From Eledone cirrhosa (taxonomy: Eukaryota), in the NCBI GenBank assembly GCA_964016885.1, contig OZ024743.1, forward strand, positions 319,672,001 through 319,736,000: 64,000 bases of DNA, read 5' to 3'. How positions within the stretch are numbered: the stretch's first letter is position 1; the number at the start of each line of letters is the position of its first letter. Both the position numbers and the translations under genes were made by a program. Of this stretch, positions 14,610 to 30,287 are shown piece by piece. The notes under the pieces were generated by a model that saw nothing but the letters and a program-made list of their open reading frames with translations, did no database searches and was not told the origin of the DNA.

Positions 14610-15075
14610 TTGTGTGTGTGTGTGGGGGGGGGGGGTATCTGTGTGTGTTTGTGTGTGTGTGTGTGCAAGAATGTATTCTTAAGTTAAAAACGTTGACTAA
14701 CAAGGGTTGTGTATGAAACACACCAATCAGTGAACGACAATGCATTTAAATTGAAGCACTCTACGTCATGCGTGTTGTTTCAAATATAATTTGTTAGTCT
14801 ATGACATAGTATATGTACAATAATTGTTTCTACTTTTGGCACAAGGCCAGCAAATACCCAGTGCATTACTGGTACTTTATTTTATCGACCCCGTAAGGAT
14901 GAAAGACAAAGTTAACCTCGGCGGGATTTGAACTCAGAATGGCATATGTACAATAATGATAATTGCGAAGGTCAGAGCAAATATTCATAACTCCTGTATT
15001 CTTAAGCAGTCGCGATAAATAGTACAATGGCAGTCATGGTTACATGTTGTTTCGATCATGCATCCACCAACGTGG

Positions 15076-18000
15076 ATAGATAGATAAATAGATATATTTC
15101 CTTATTAGCCACAAGGGCGCACAAGAAAAGGGGACAAAACAAAGATTCCTTTTTACATACAATCGTGTAAATATATGAAACAAACAAATATAACAACCAA
15201 AATCCCCAATAGGGGGGAAGCGCCACAAATGGGTTGTTTAATACCCCGTCGATAGAACAACCCTCAACTTCAGGAGCGTGTTGTGCAAGTGCTCCTTTCT
15301 TCCTTTTGCTCCCTTCTTCAACCTACAGGTTTATATACAGAGAAGGCCAAATCATCCGGGCCATTTTTGCCAAATTCACCCACCCTTCAGTAAATTTACT
15401 CTCTTCACTCTGATTCTCCTTCTAAAGTTGTATCTAAAGAAGGGAATGAGTTCTTGTCCGGAAACAAAGGCATCTGTACCCAGTCCTCTCAATCTCATCC
15501 ACCATATAACCTCTTTCACCATAGCCACTATACAGAGGAAAACCGCCTCTCTTTGGTTTTTGAAAGAAGTTGGCGGTTTGATCCTTAGTATGGACTCGGC
15601 AGTCAACTGGATTTGTCCCATACGCTACAGCAGTTGTTCTGCGTAGTTCCACAGGTCGGCTACGCCCGGGTAGTGTACAATTGCGTGCAGGACGGATTCA
15701 ATGTCCTGACAGCATCTTGGACACGTCCTCTTGGAAGGATTTCTGCCGGGGCGCCGTGCCTGTAGATCTTGTCACGAACTGGTAGAGCTCCTCGGTAGCA
15801 CTGCCAGGCCAGGGACCTCTGGAAGTTGCCCATAGGTTCCGGGCGGAAAGTCCTATAGAATGTCGATGTGGATTCTCCACTGATTGCCGTGCCCGCTTGA
15901 CAGAGGACTGTGAACGCCTGAGCGCATTCAATGTGCCAGCCGCCCATCTTCTTCGGTCTCTGCTTGACCCAGGACTGCAGCTCCGTCAGCGAGACAAGTT
16001 GCGGAAAGGCCTGTCTCACAAACGGTGCCCACACCGGTTGGGGTCGGTGAGGAATGCCTGTAGATGCCGTAGCCTCAGCGCATCATCAGCCACGGCGTTC
16101 ACAGCCCTCTGTTGGAAGGGTGCTGACAGCAGACGGATCTCCTCACAAGTGGAGCCTGCTTCTTCAAAAGGAACTGAAAGAGCATGCGTTCCATCTTGGT
16201 GAGGTGTTCACGGAATCAAGGCACAACGGTCAAGCGGTAGTATATGACGGACGCTATGAAAGTGTTCGCCACCTCGGCTCGACCTTTCAAGGATAGTTTG
16301 CACTCTGTCCACTTCTGGGTGAGCGCAATTACCTTGGCCGTGACCTCGTTCCAGTTTTTCTCCACCGGGAGGTCCGGACCGAACCAGACCCCGAGCAATT
16401 TCACTGGTCCGTCCGTCCAGCGTCCGACGACGCTGTCGGACGGCATCGGTTTGCCTCTCCACGTTCCGAGCTGCAAACCGACTGATTTGTCCGGGTTCAG
16501 TTTTGCTCATCTGAGCCTTTCGTATTCCTGCAGTAAGTTGCCGATCGCCCCGATTTCCAAGGTTTCCGACACCATTACCGTCACGTCGTCAGCATAAGTG
16601 GTAGCCGCTTTCCGCAGTCCCGGTTCTAAAGGGATGCCCTGCAGCAGCTCCAACTTCCGCAGCAGTAGCTCTAGAGTCAGTACGTACAGAATGGTGGAGA
16701 GAGGGTATCCCTGTCGGATGGAACGCGTGATTGCGAACGGCTCAGATAGGTAGCCGTTCACCTTGACCATCTAGTAGATGTTGGTGTGCATTGCGGCGAT
16801 CCAGCCTCTGAAGACGGGTCCGCCTTGAGAACCGCTTCCAAGTATCGATGGTCGACACTATCGAACGCCTTAGACTGATCTAAGTTGATCATAGCCCCAC
16901 CGAAGCCGGGTTTACTACCCACCCTCTCTATGATATATCGCATGAGATGGCGTTTGTCGTGTATGGACCTGGTCAGGATTGCACACGTTTGCGCTTTCTC
17001 TACCAGGTTCTCGACAAGCGCCAACCTCGTTGCCAACACCTTGGCCAAAATCTTTAACTCTGTGTTGAGCAGAGTTATAGGCCTAAAATTGTTTATTTCG
17101 TCCCCCTTGTTCTCGTCTTTCCTGATCAGCGTTACTACGCCCCTGCCTGCAGAACTGGGAATTCTTCCGTTCTGCTGCCAGTTGCAGTAGACGGCCTCGA
17201 GGACGCCAGAGAACAAGTCCGGCCTGCCTATGAAAATCTCATTAGGTAGACCATCTAGACCGCGTGATTTGCGTTTTTCCGCAGCGGCCCAGAGCGTCCC
17301 GTATCTCAGTGGTTGTGATCGGTCTGTCGCAGAATTCGGCGTCCATGCTTGAGAGACGCAGGTATGAACTGAAGTCCATTGCCCTGTTCGACGCACCGCC
17401 ACTGTGCCCGAACAGTTGCGAAAAGTGCCGCTGAAAGGCCGTGCACATCCGCTCGGGGTCAAGTAGCACGCGTCCGTTTTAGATTTTCAAAGACCGAATC
17501 ATGGACTTGTTGCCACTTTTCGCCTCTGCCACTCGGGCCCAGCTAACAGCTTTCGCTCCCTCGTTTCCTAGAGCACGTTATTTACATCTGACCTCGTAGC
17601 CTTCGTGTTTCGCGTCGAAGAACTGGTCCAGTGCCGTTCTCGTCGCTAGCACTCTAGCTACGTTGCCACTCTTAAGCGCCTCCTCTACCTTGGCTACTAG
17701 TTCCGTTTCTATTTTGTTTCTCTCTACAGGTGTTGCCGACGTCCTGCGAAAATTTTGTTTTTAGTTCGCTATGTTTCCATAGAAACCCTTATCAGTTTGA
17801 GGTGTGGAGGCGATTCTGCTTTAACGAAAGTTTTACCCTCCGTCTCCACCTTGGGGTTTTGGGAGATGACCTCCATCAAATTCTTGTTGTTGGTGTTGAT
17901 GTATGCGTATTGTTGTTTGTGTTTTTGTTTTCGTTGTTTTAGTTTGTTGTTCGTCCGGGAGTTTTCTTTTTATGGTGGGTGCTTGTGTTTGGGGTGGTGT

Positions 18001-19598
18001 TGGTGTTTGTTTTGCTGGTGGGGGGGGGGGATTGTGGTGTTGTTTGTGTTGTTGTTTGTGTCGGTGGTTGTGTGGTGTTGGTGATTGTTGCTTTTGTGGC
18101 TTTGTGGTACCTTTTTTTGTTATTTTGATTTTCGAGGCTGTCCTTCATCTTCACTTGGAGATGAAGAAGTAGCCTCGTCTGACGAAGATTCGTCATCAGG
18201 AGCTTGCGGTAGGGGTATTTTGTGTGGTGATGGTGTGTTTGTGGCAGTGTTGGATGGAGTGGGATGGGGTGGTACTGTGTTCTTCGGAGGAGTTGTTTGT
18301 GTTTTTCCTGCTGTTGTTGGTTGAGTGGCTGTTTGTTTTGGTGCGTTTGCTTGTTTTGTGTGTTGTTGTTGTTGTGGTGGTGGTGGTTGTTTTGGTGTTG
18401 GTGTTGGTAACAGTATTTTTTGGGTGGTTGTTTTTTTTTATGTAAAGGGCAGGAGGCCTTTAGATGTGATGTGCTGTTACATCGAAAGCAGTGTGGTCTT
18501 CTCCCTTCAACCGAAATGCGTATGTGGCTGTTGTTGTCCACCAGCACTTTTTCGGGTATTTTAGAGATTCTCTCCGGCCTCATTTGCACCATAATCTCCA
18601 AATTTGTACCAGACCACGTGTGTCTGGTTGACTTCTTGATGGAGAGAATGGTATCTTGTCCTTCCTCTAAAATACCTGCCAATATCCATCAAATATTAAT
18701 ATTTGATGGTATGTTGGTAATTTTTATTTTCTGAGTCCTTTTTCTCAGGTATGTAGGGGAAAAGGTGTATTTTTTGACAGTATTGGTGTCCCTGAATATT
18801 TTTGTGCGAGAGCCTCGCTTTTGAGGAGCACCGAAATACTCCCATACTGTTTGGCCCTCTGCATAAAGTCGATGTTTGGCAATATCTCCTTCAAGGTTGC
18901 CTCAATTTCCCCTTGACTGAGGAATGCTGGTCTTTTTGTTTCATTTGAAACAGTTCTGAAGGTAACTGTCCTTCGAAGTGTTTCAAGACGAATTTCTGGG
19001 GGTGAGTTTATTTTAAACCCACCGTTTTCTCCGAGAGAGCATCTGTCTCGCATTGGAGATATCGAGATCCTTGAAATCTTGTTTGTTCATGACTGTTTGT
19101 GCAAAAGTTAGTTTTTGGGTGTTGTTGTTGTTGTGGTTGTTGGTTTTTCCGTTTGTAGTTGTGTCAATCGTTTTATTTTCTGTTGTTTTTTCTGTTGTTT
19201 TTGGTGTCTGTTGTACACTGTGTGGTTCAATTTTGTTTGGGTTGTCTACTTCACTTTCGTGAAACAAAACTTTGTTTTCAGCTACATTGATACAGACAGA
19301 GCTCGTAGCAACATTAAAGTCTAATCCTTATTTTCTTTTTCTTTCCTCAACGTTCGCTAGCGTCCCTTGTACTCCACCCATTTTTGATGGCAAAATACTA
19401 AAAATTTTCTGAACAGTTTTTCAAATTAATTTCAAATTAAATTTTCGCCCCTGTGGGGCTAGAAAAGAGATTGCCACCCAGCTGATAATTCAGCCTGGGG
19501 GTTAATCTACAAAACAATGTGTTTTTTTTTAAGAATTTCTGTTTTTTTATAAATAAATTGGCAGAAACTTACCAGCAAATTTGTGTAGCTCCTAATAT
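15076..19598 (-). mobile_element. Near full-length Tx1-clade LINE (copy 3, subfamily B), frameshifted, endonuclease deleted
   Basis: ORF1 pieces 19267-17939 carry a gag knuckle (CFRCNSTSHLKASC). RT pieces include FRPITLLNTELKIL, LDQSKAFDSV and YADD. Near 17730 the ORF1 end joins the ORF2 linker directly. The 3' tail is (TATC)n. Confidence 0.9.
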
Positions 19599-22500
19599 CG
19601 ATAGATAGATAGATAAATAGATATGTTTCTTTATTAGCCACAGGGGCACAAAAGAAGGGGACAAATACAAAGGGGGGAGTTTACATACAATAAAAACGTT
19701 TAAAATACTATCACAAATGCAATTTAAAAATTAATCGATTTCCCCAATAGGGGAGACATTACATATGGGTAACACATACCGCCGAAGAAAATGTGCAACC
19801 CTCATCTCCAGCAGTACGAAGAGTGAGTACCCCTTTCCGTTCTTCCTTTTTTTCCTCAACCTACAGGCTGATATAGAGAGAAGGCCCATTCACTCGGGCC
19901 ATTCTCGCCACTTTCACCCACCTTTCATAAACTTTGCTGGGGTACAGCACCTCTCTCTCCATCCTGATTCTTCTTCCAAAGTGGTATTTGAAAAAAGAAT
20001 CAGTTGTTGGCCGGAGAGAAAGGTGTCTGACCTCAGCCCTTTTAACCTCGTCCACCATACAACCTCTTTCGCCATAGCTATCACACAAAGGAAAACCGCC
20101 TCTCCTTCGGTTTTGAAGGAGGGTGGTGGTTTGATCATGACAATAGACTCGGTGGTCAACCGGATTGGTCCCACCCGCGAAAATAGTCTTTCTACATAGC
20201 CCTACATGTTGGTAACGCCCGTGCAGTGTACGAATGCGTGCGCGACGGTTTCTTCGTCTCACACGCACCTCGGACAGATATTTTTCGAAGGGCCCCTGCC
20301 CGGGCGCCCATGTCTGTAGAGCTTGTCTCGAACTGGTAGAGCTCCTCGGTAGCACTGCCAGATCAGAGACTTTGGGAAGTTGTCCATCGGTCCCGGGCAG
20401 AAGGTTCTACCGAACAGACTGGCCAGTTCGTCTTCCTCTACGCCTAGAGTTTTTTCGAGCACGTCGTCGCACTTGCTGCGGACCAACCCTCTATAGAATG
20501 ATGAAGTGGAGTCTCCACTGATCGCCGGGTCCGCCTGCCAGAGGGTTGTGAGCGCCGGAACACATTCGATGTGCCAGTCACCCATTTTCCTCGGTCTTTG
20601 CTTGACCCAGCACTGCAGCTCGGTCAGCGAGACGAGTCGTGGGAACGCTCGGCTCACGAACAGGGCCCAGACCGGTTGTTCGGTGAGGAATACGTAGAGA
20701 TGCCGCAGCCTGAGCGCGTGTTTGCGCATCATCGGCCACGGCATCCCCAGCCCTCCTGTGGAAGGGTGTTGGCAGAAGATGGATCTTCTCAGCAAAGGAG
20801 GCCGCTTCTTCCAAAGGAATTGGAACAGCGCGCGCTCCATTTTGGTGGGCGTTCGCTGGACAAGGCACGACAGTCAAGCGGTAGTAGATGACGGACGTAT
20901 AAAAGTGTTCGCCACCTCCGCTCAACCTTTCAAGGATAGTTTGCACTCGGCCCACTTCTGGGTGAGTGCAAACACCTTGGCCGTCACTTCGTTCCAGTTT
21001 TTCTCCACCTGGAGGTCCGGACCAAACCAGACTCCGAGCAGCTTTACCGGTCCTTCCGTCCAGCGTCCGACGACGCCATCGGAAGGCATCGGTTTGCCTC
21101 TCCACGATCCGAGTTGCAAACCGATGGACTTGTCCCGGTTCAGCTTCGCTCCTGTGAAACTTTCGTATTCCTTCAGTAAGGTGGCGACTTCCTCGATTTG
21201 CGAGGCGCTCGACACCATTACTGTCACGTCGTCAGCGTAGCCCGACGCCGCTTTCCGCAGTCCCGGTTCCAGAGGGATGCCCTGCAATAGCTCCAACTTC
21301 CACAGTAGTCGCTCGAGAGTCAGTACGTACAGAAGGAAGGACAGAGGGCATCCCTGTCGGATGGATCGCGTGATATGGAACTTGAGCAAATGTTGCTGTG
21401 CACTGCATCAATCCAGCCCCTGAACACGGGTCCGAAGCCTGCCGCCTCGAGCACCGCATCCATGTAACTATGGTCAACCCTATCGAAAGCCTTAGACTGA
21501 TCTAAGTTGATCAGGGCCCCACCGAAGCCGGGTTTACACCCAACCCTCTCTAGGATGTATCGCATGAGGTGTAGGTTGTCGTGTATGGACCTGGTCGGGG
21601 TTGCGCATGTCTGCGCTTCTCCCACCATATTTTCGACGACAAGCACCAGTCTCTTTGCCAACACCTTGGCCAAGTTCTGTAACTCTGCATTTAGCAGAGT
21701 TATGGGCCGGAAGTTGCCCATGTCATCCCCCTAATTCTCGTCCTTCCTGACTAGCGTGACTACGCCCCTGATCAGATAACTGGGAATTCTCCCGTTCTGC
21801 TGCCAGTTGTAATGGATCGCTTCCAGGAGAAGAGAGAACAATTCCGGCATTGCTACGTAAAATCCGTAGAGTAGACCGTCGAGACGTGGAGATTTGCGTT
21901 TTCCGCATTGGCTCAGCGCGTCCCCTATCTCAGCGGCTGAAATCGGTTTTCGCACAACTTTGCCTCGCTGTCCGAGAGTCGCGGGGAGGGGGGGTGGGGG
22001 CGTCGAGATATGGACCCAAATCCATAGCCCCTCCCGGCGCGTCGCCCTGCCCGAACAGCTGAGCAAAGTGCCGCTGAAAGGCCGCGCACATCTGCTTCGG
22101 CTCACGTTTCACGCGGCCGTCTTGGTCCTTCAAAGACCGAATCGCTGACTTGTTGCTACTTTTCGCCTCCGTCACTCGGGCCCAGCTAACAGCTTTGGCT
22201 CCCTCGTTACCCAGAGCACGTATTTTGCTTCTGACAACGCAGCCCTCGTGCTTTGCGTCGAAGAACTGGTCCAAGGCCGTTCTCGTTGCCAGCACGCTGG
22301 CTACGTTGCCACTTCTAATTGCCTCTTCTACTTTATCTACCAGTTCCTCTTCGGTCCTATTTCTATCTAACGCTAATTCTTTACTAAAAACTACCCTCAT
22401 CTAACTGCCCTCTTGAGAGAGTACCACCATCTGTTGTTGACAATGGCCCCCGTCAAGTGCTGTTTAACTAAAGTGCTAATCCGTCTACTGTAGGCTTTGC

Positions 22501-23438
22501 ATGTCGGTAACGACAAGTCCGCTTCCAGTAGCCGGCTCCACCTTCACTACCGTCAACGTCTAGGACCACCAGTCGACCCTCCGGGTCCAGATGTACCGTC
22601 TGTGTTACGAGACCCAGGTGTTTCCGCAGCAAAACGGCAACTCCGCCCCCTCCCCCCGGTTGACAGAGAGATGCGTAGATCTCAAAGTCATCGAAGATGG
22701 GGGCCAGCTGTCGCTCGCTGTGGATCCTGGACTCGCAAATGGCTACTACATCCATACTGTGCGACCTGAGGTCGTTTAAGAGTTTGCCCTGTTTCCAGGG
22801 CATCCCCAGGCCGCGTACATTCACACATCCAACTCTTATATTCTGAAAAGTTAAAAGAAGAGAAGAAAACTCTCACCTCTTCGTCTCCCGGGGATCAGGC
22901 CGCACGATTTCCATGGGGGTGTTAGAGGGGTTGTCTGGGTGGGTGGTGGTTTCCGGCGGAGTGGGGACGGAGATGTTTGGTGAGGTGGGGGTGTCTGATG
23001 GGGTGGGGGTGGGGTGGGTCTGTCTGGGGTGAGGGTGGAGAAACTTTTTAAAAGGACGCTCTTAATGGGTTTAACACAAGGATTACTCACGTCCTTAGGA
23101 AAGTTTTCCTTTAAAGACTTATAGGTGTCCTTAGGGACCCTAATCATCTTTAAATTAGGTTTGTCTACACAGTTTGAAAAAGTTTCCCCTTCGGTTTTCA
23201 CCGAAGGGTCGTTGGAGATGACCTCCATTAAAGTTTTGTTTTTACTGTTTATGTATGTGTAATGTTCTTGTTGTGTTGCGGTGGTTTTTGTCTGTTGTTC
23301 TTGTGGGAGCTTTCGTTTTGTTGTAGGTGTTTGTGTTTGGAGTGATGTCGTGGTTTTGTTTTCGGGACGGGAGGTTTTTTTTGTAATGTTTGTGTTATTT
23401 GTGTTGGTGGTTGTATGTTTGTAGTGATGTTTGTTCCG
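19599..23438 (-). mobile_element. Tx1-clade LINE (copy 4, subfamily A), 5'-truncated inside ORF1, decayed
   Basis: APE endonuclease start NVRGL...DVVAICESRI (22468..22824) with an internal deletion before GYWK; RT motifs LDQSKAFDRV, RQGCPLS and YADD; 3'UTR like copy 1. Confidence 0.9.
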
Positions 23439-23477
<39 letters not shown>

Positions 23478-23614
23478 CACAGAAATAAATAGATAGATAT
23501 AGATAGACAGACACAGAAATAAATAGATAGATAGATAGATAGATATGTTTCTTTATTAGCCACAGGGGCACACAAGAAGGGGACAAATACAAAGGGGGAA
23601 GTTTACATACAATA

Positions 23615-23649
<35 letters not shown>

Positions 23650-23650
23650 T
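23439..23650 (-). mobile_element. (GATA)n tract containing a ~75-bp Tx1 3'UTR stub (copy 5, ~23541-23616)
   Basis: atgtttctttattagccacaggggcacacaagaaggggacaaatac matches the 3' end of copy 4; (GATA)n lies on both sides. Confidence 0.85.
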
Positions 23651-24344
23651 ATAGAGAGAGAGATACCCTCATCATCATCATTGGCACTGTTTCCCCTGCT
23701 AGCAAAGTTTGAACATATATTGCGTCACAGACTATGTGCATTTTGTATTTGCATTAACACTATGGAAGATGTCATGTCCTTGATATATCTGAAGAGTCTT
23801 CTCGACCCTTTGGTAAATTTTCTACACCTGGATGCATTTCCTATCACTAAACACTTTACAGAAGCGGTTTGGTTCAGCAACACTAAGGAGATTGTCATAC
23901 CTATGTCACAGCTGAAGAGTCCTCCCACGTAATATTTATATGTATTACACTAAACATATAGCGAAATTGGGGGTAGGGAGAGATTATAACATCAAATGAG
24001 AGGATCCAAAACAAAAGGTCGCGATTCTTACAATCATGCAGGAATTTACAATATAATCGGTCACTGTTCCTCACACGGAAAAAAATTTTTTCCATTTTTT
24101 AACTGATTGCCATTAAATCCCCCGGTGTGTTCGATCTCTGGATTGCTATTATTCTCCACCAATTCGAGAGGAAGCCAATTGACTTTATACCCGTGAGTTT
24201 GAATAACTGATGCAGCGTTTATGGCTGGCTATTCTCCCCAACAACGCTTTCTGTCTGGGGAGGAGGGTTTCAAATGAAATCTATCGACTAACCATGCGTG
24301 TAAAGTTTCCCCCTCACCTTCCACCTTCTTTTTTTATATTTACT

Positions 24345-24655
24345 TATTTTTCCCCTATAGGTAGAACGTTAGATAGAATGCTTTGGGGTATTTCTTTCGG
24401 TTCTCTGCTCCATGAGTTCAAATTCCACTGAGGTCAATTCCAGATCGATGAAAAACGTATCAGTTTAGTACTAGTATTCCTCTGTATCTCTTTCTTACAT
24501 CCTCTCTCTCTTACACTCTATACTCCTCTGAAAGGAAGCTACTGCGTTCAGCCCTGGAGAGGAGATAGGCTCCATCTGGTTCGAAAATGCCGTTAGAAAC
24601 GCTGTATGTCAATGCGGCGCCCCTACGACACACTCAGGAGTTACGAGACCAGGCC
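24345..24655 (+). mobile_element. Old SINE (family 1) with extended 3' segment
   Basis: gagttcaaattccactgaggtcaa...agtactag, then a CT-rich tract and ttcagccctggagagga; similar units near 26672-26990, 27380-27670 and 28175-28500. Confidence 0.6.
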
Positions 24656-25501
24656 ATGCCATGCCATCTTTGCCCTACCTTTATTTCTATTTTAGTCTCT
24701 TCTTGTCTGTAAATATATACAACTTAACATGGAATTTTGACACAATAACATGTTATATTATGACGAATAAAGCGGATGGTGTCAGCGCGAGTCAAAGGAA
24801 AGGTATGTATGTACCAACAGCTGAAGTCAGTAGTTGTCGAAAAATATGAACTCGTATGACCTGACGATACGACAGACCAATGCTCAAACAAATACATATG
24901 CTAGCTTACATCGCTAAATATTTACACCGTCATCTTGACAAGCTCAAGACGTTACTTTATTTGGTTTTGTATTAACATAAAAGAACAGAAAACATCTGCA
25001 ATATTTGGTGGCACAATTACGTCAGGATGTTCAGCACTCTAGGCTAGCCCTACAATGTGTACCTGGGTATCTAGAACCCTAGTATAATCTTTCAGTCCCC
25101 CCCCCCCCACACACACACACACACATTACACACACCCTTCTCCCAAATAAAATATTTGCAACTTACATTTTGGTAAGCTGGCAAACCTAGTTTTTTATAC
25201 TTCTTGCGTTGAGCACACTAAGGAAATTACTAAGCCTGCATTTTCAACGAGACAGTCTACATTCAACCACGCCAAATCATGTTACTGGTCATAATACCAT
25301 ACGAACATCTCCACCACTTTGGATATTTTCAAAACACTGGTGGTGCGATATGATCAGATACAATTACTTTAAAGCAGTGGTGCCCCAGCATGGGCATAGT
25401 CTAATGACTGAAAGCAGTAAAAGAGTTATGGAAAAGTAAACGTTGTTGTTTGATCATTATCAATAGCCGAAATATGAGATGCCGAATAATGTATTTACAT
25501 A

Positions 25502-26080
<579 letters not shown>

Positions 26081-27712
26081 AAGGACAGAAAATGAATAAT
26101 TACAATTAAGCCAACATGTTGAAAATAGTAGACAAACAGGTTTCTAAAGGTGGCTAATATATTTTTAATACCTTTTTTTTATGCTAAATGAAATCGGATT
26201 CATTCAGTTTTGTCTTTGGTGAATTTAGACAAATTATATATTTTAAAAAAAAATGAAGCACGCTCCTTCTCAAGTTTCAGGATCACCTGACAAATTGCTT
26301 TGTAATTCAAAAGGACAGAAGTGTCATCCAACGTGTCATGCTGAATCTTCCTGTAAACTGCGTTATGGGCGTATACGCCTGTGGAATTCTCAGCCACTTG
26401 CACAGTAATTTCACGAACAGGCTGTTGTATTGTTCTAACAAATAGATTTCTTGTCGTTGGAACAGACGGAGGTCCAGCGTGTTAAATTCTCTCAGTCGCG
26501 TGTATGAAATTCACCATCGGCCTATCTAAGAAAACTGGAATAGTTAACAAAAACATGCCAATCCTATGTCATTATTATACTATTTCAAGCAGCTTAGTTA
26601 CTTCGATGCACTTATTAATATGCAGATAGCTGTGTATAGGAAAAGTGAAACTATTTGTAGTTCGATATGAGATGACGAATTTGCAGGGTCGTTAGAACGG
26701 CGGATAGGATGCTTTGCAATATTAGTTGCGGCTCTCTGTACTCTGAATTCAAATCCTGTCGAAGTCAACTTTCCCTTTCACCCATTCAAGGTCGATAAAA
26801 AAAGTACAATTTTAGTATTGGGGTCGATTCTTCCTCTATATCTCTTTCTCACTTCCTTTCTCTCACTTTCTATCCTTCTGCTGCGTTCAGACATGAAAGA
26901 TGGTGGCTCCACCAAGCTTACGATTCTCTAGAAACACTGTAGTTCACTACGGTGCCACTACGACTCTATCAGGAGATACCAGTCCACCCATACCATACTA
27001 TGAAATGAATCAGAGCTGTAGACTGACTTCCACCTTATATGATGATATTTTCCAATTTATCATCGAGTGTTCCACTGTTGTCTCGTCTGCTGATGCATTA
27101 TTGAAAGAATTTTCACGCTAAATAAAGTAGAAAGAAATATTAAACTGGAATAACCTTACTTAGATTTAAAGTACATCCGTAAAAAAGATTGTTCCTTCAT
27201 ATTTCATCAAAATAAAGCAACATTAAGAAAGGTACTTCCTGTCTCCTACATTGTGGATATTTGTATGTCCAAAACGATAATTGCGAGATCATTTTCAATT
27301 ATCAGTACGGGTTTATATATTTTCAATGAGATAACATTCACAAGTTCTAATCGTTTTCTTACTATCGTCTGTTAATTGACTGAGCCATTAAAACGTCAGA
27401 TAAAATATTTGGCAGTGTTAGTTCCAGCTTTCTACGCTCTGAGTTTAAATCCCGCCGAGCTCAACTTGGCCTTTCATCCATTCAAACTCGATAAAAATGT
27501 ACCAGTTTAATACTGAAGTTATTCTTCCTCTATATCTCTTTCTCACTTCCTCACTCTATCGCTCTCTATTTCTCCTTCTCTGAAAGAAATCGACTGTGAT
27601 CAGACCTGGAGAGGGATCGCCTCCGCCAAGAATAAGATGGTCAAGAAGTACAACATCGCCCCATATAATCGTCTATCATAGATTGCAGATGATATCAACC
27701 CTTGATTGATGT

Positions 27713-27940
27713 AAAGGCGCTTGTCTGAGTGGTTGCCGTGTTCGGTCACTATCGTAAGATCATATACTCCATTGTCAGCTGAGTGGTGACGTATCGTTTT
27801 CTTGAGCAAGACACTTTATTTAGCATTCCTTCAATTGACTCAGCGCTGGATAAATTCCAAGGGTCGGCGTTGTCACATATTGTGCTGCGCTAACTACTGT
27901 AAGAGTACACGTGCCTATTTAAAACTCAGCCACTTACCAC
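27713..27940 (+). mobile_element. tRNA-derived SINE (family 3)
   Basis: aaggcgcttgtctgagtggtt...cttgagcaagacacttt...ctcagccactt; related copies near 26290-26480(-), 28530-28785(-), 32160-32265, 37518-37830 and 40570-40905(-). Confidence 0.65.
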
Positions 27941-28355
27941 ATAATATATAACGTACTGAACCTGTAATTCCATAGACCAGCCTTGTCCCATAGTGTCACA
28001 GAGAATCTCCGTTAAAGGGACACATACAAGTCTATGGTATGGGAAGGCACTTGCACGTTAATTTCACTAACAGTCTGTTCTATTTATTAAACAACTGAAA
28101 CACTGGTCGTTGGAACAGATATAGGCCCAACAACAACTCCTTCACTAATATTGAACGATCTAAAATACTGAAGACAGCAAATTGGCAAAGTTCAAATCCC
28201 ACCGATGTCACCTTTGTCACTCCTCCATTAGAGGTCAATAAAAAAAAGTACTGATCTAGCACTGGAGTCGATTCTTATTCTTCTTTATCGCTTTCTACCT
28301 TCCATTCTTTCTTTCTCTCTCTCCCTCTCTCTCCCCCATCTCTCTCTCTCTCTCT

Positions 28356-28395
<40 letters not shown>

Positions 28396-29100
28396 TCTCT
28401 GGAATATATCTGTTGTATTCAAACCCGGAGAGGAGACGGCTCCACCAGACTAGAACATTTGGCATCCCTACGACTCCCTCAGGTGTTAAGAGTACATAAC
28501 CTACCATCTACAATACTGACACTGATGTTTGAGACCACTGTCGGCTTCGACGAGGAGTGTTCCAGTTGTTCGATCAATGAAACAGAGGGCTCGTGTAATT
28601 AATGTGTAAGTGATTGAGTATTCCACAAACCTATGCACGTTAATGCATGTCTCAGAGAAATTCAGTATGTGATATGTATAGCCCTTTGAAATGTCAGTTG
28701 AGTAAATTAAAGCAACGTGAAAACAAGTGTCTTGCTCAAGGACAAAACACGGCCAGGAATCCAACTCGCGACCTTACGATCACTCTTATGTACAAAACTA
28801 CACAACATGACAATGATACTGTATTCATAGAAGTCTTCTATTCTCCTTTAGGGTTTGAGAGATAAATAGGTTGACTCTCTTTTATGTACAATCAAGATTA
28901 TTCACGGTTTTCGTTGTTTTCTGTTTGTTTCTTTAAACTAAATGTGTAACTAAATGTGAATTTCAGTATTTGTTCATTTCACTTCATAGTTTGTCTTTAT
29001 GTCGTAAATATCTGACATTTCGTGTTGGTGTTCGTGTTGTGTCAATACTTTATTATTGCATGTTCATTGTTATATATAAATGTGTATGTGTGTGTGTGTG

Positions 29101-29186
<86 letters not shown>

Positions 29187-29358
29187 TTTATATACTTATA
29201 TATAAATATATATATGTCATCTCATGCTTTAGATTCTCTTTCTTCCTTTCTCTCCCCTTCTCCATTTAATATGAGGTTATAACTTAACCAGACATTTTAC
29301 TATACATATATCTAGCTATTTACAACTACCTTTCGCGTTGAGAATACTGTAATTTTAC

Positions 29359-29454
<96 letters not shown>

Positions 29455-30287
29455 TGTGAGTGTAGCGACTAGCTACAACCATTTTAGTGGTTGGTGTTTC
29501 ACTCCGTCAGGGTCACCATTATAGTGTAATGTCTACGTAACCATAACCACTAATTTTTATAAAGAAAAGGATGTTGGTGGTGCTAATTGCTGAATCGCCT
29601 CTACTTTAGCTGGCAATCTGGAACAAGTGGTCTGGGTGAGCCAGTAGAAATATCGCAGAGAATTTTTCCTTCAGAAGATGGAAGAGGTAAATATTCCAAT
29701 TTGCAACAGGAGAACTGGTCAGAGGAAATGTCCAGCGAATCCAAAGTAGGTTGGTCAATGTTGAAGAAAAACAGTTGAGCGCAGTGATGTAAGTCCAGAT
29801 AAGTTTTAAGTAGCTGACCGCAGAACGAACGTGCATAAAAATTCCCAGCAAGTGACGTCAATTTACGACGCAAGGTGTTGCAATTTTTTTACTGGCTTTA
29901 ATTAAGTAGCTCGTGGTCGAAGTATTCTTTGAGATGAATAGCAATGAGTGTGTTGGTAAAATCCACCGCGCGGGAAAATGACGAAACGAAGAAGACAAGA
30001 TGGCTGCTCGAAAATGAAAGAGGAAGGCAGCAGTCGCCATATTGGTTGTTGGTCTTAAACAAAAACTTGGTTAAACGAGAAAGACACGAGGTGTAATTTT
30101 CAGAAAAAGAAATATCATGTTCAAAAATGAAAGAGTCCAATTTAATGAATGGTTCGTAGTAAGTTGTAGCGAAAGTATAAACAACCAAGTTAGAAACATT
30201 TGAACGCTGTCTCCACGTGAGGTGGGAATAGAAATTATTTTTTTCATCATTCTTCAGTTGGTGTTATTTTACGTTAGGCTCACCATT

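Noticed and set aside
23670-24100. Possible RTE-like LINE 3' relic with an (ATG)n tail
   Set aside because: Too degraded; no convincing protein motif.
26200-26403. Possible host exon (67-aa ORF)
   Set aside because: It overlaps a minus-strand SINE relic (gtggctgagaattccacag) and has no domain similarity that I recognise.
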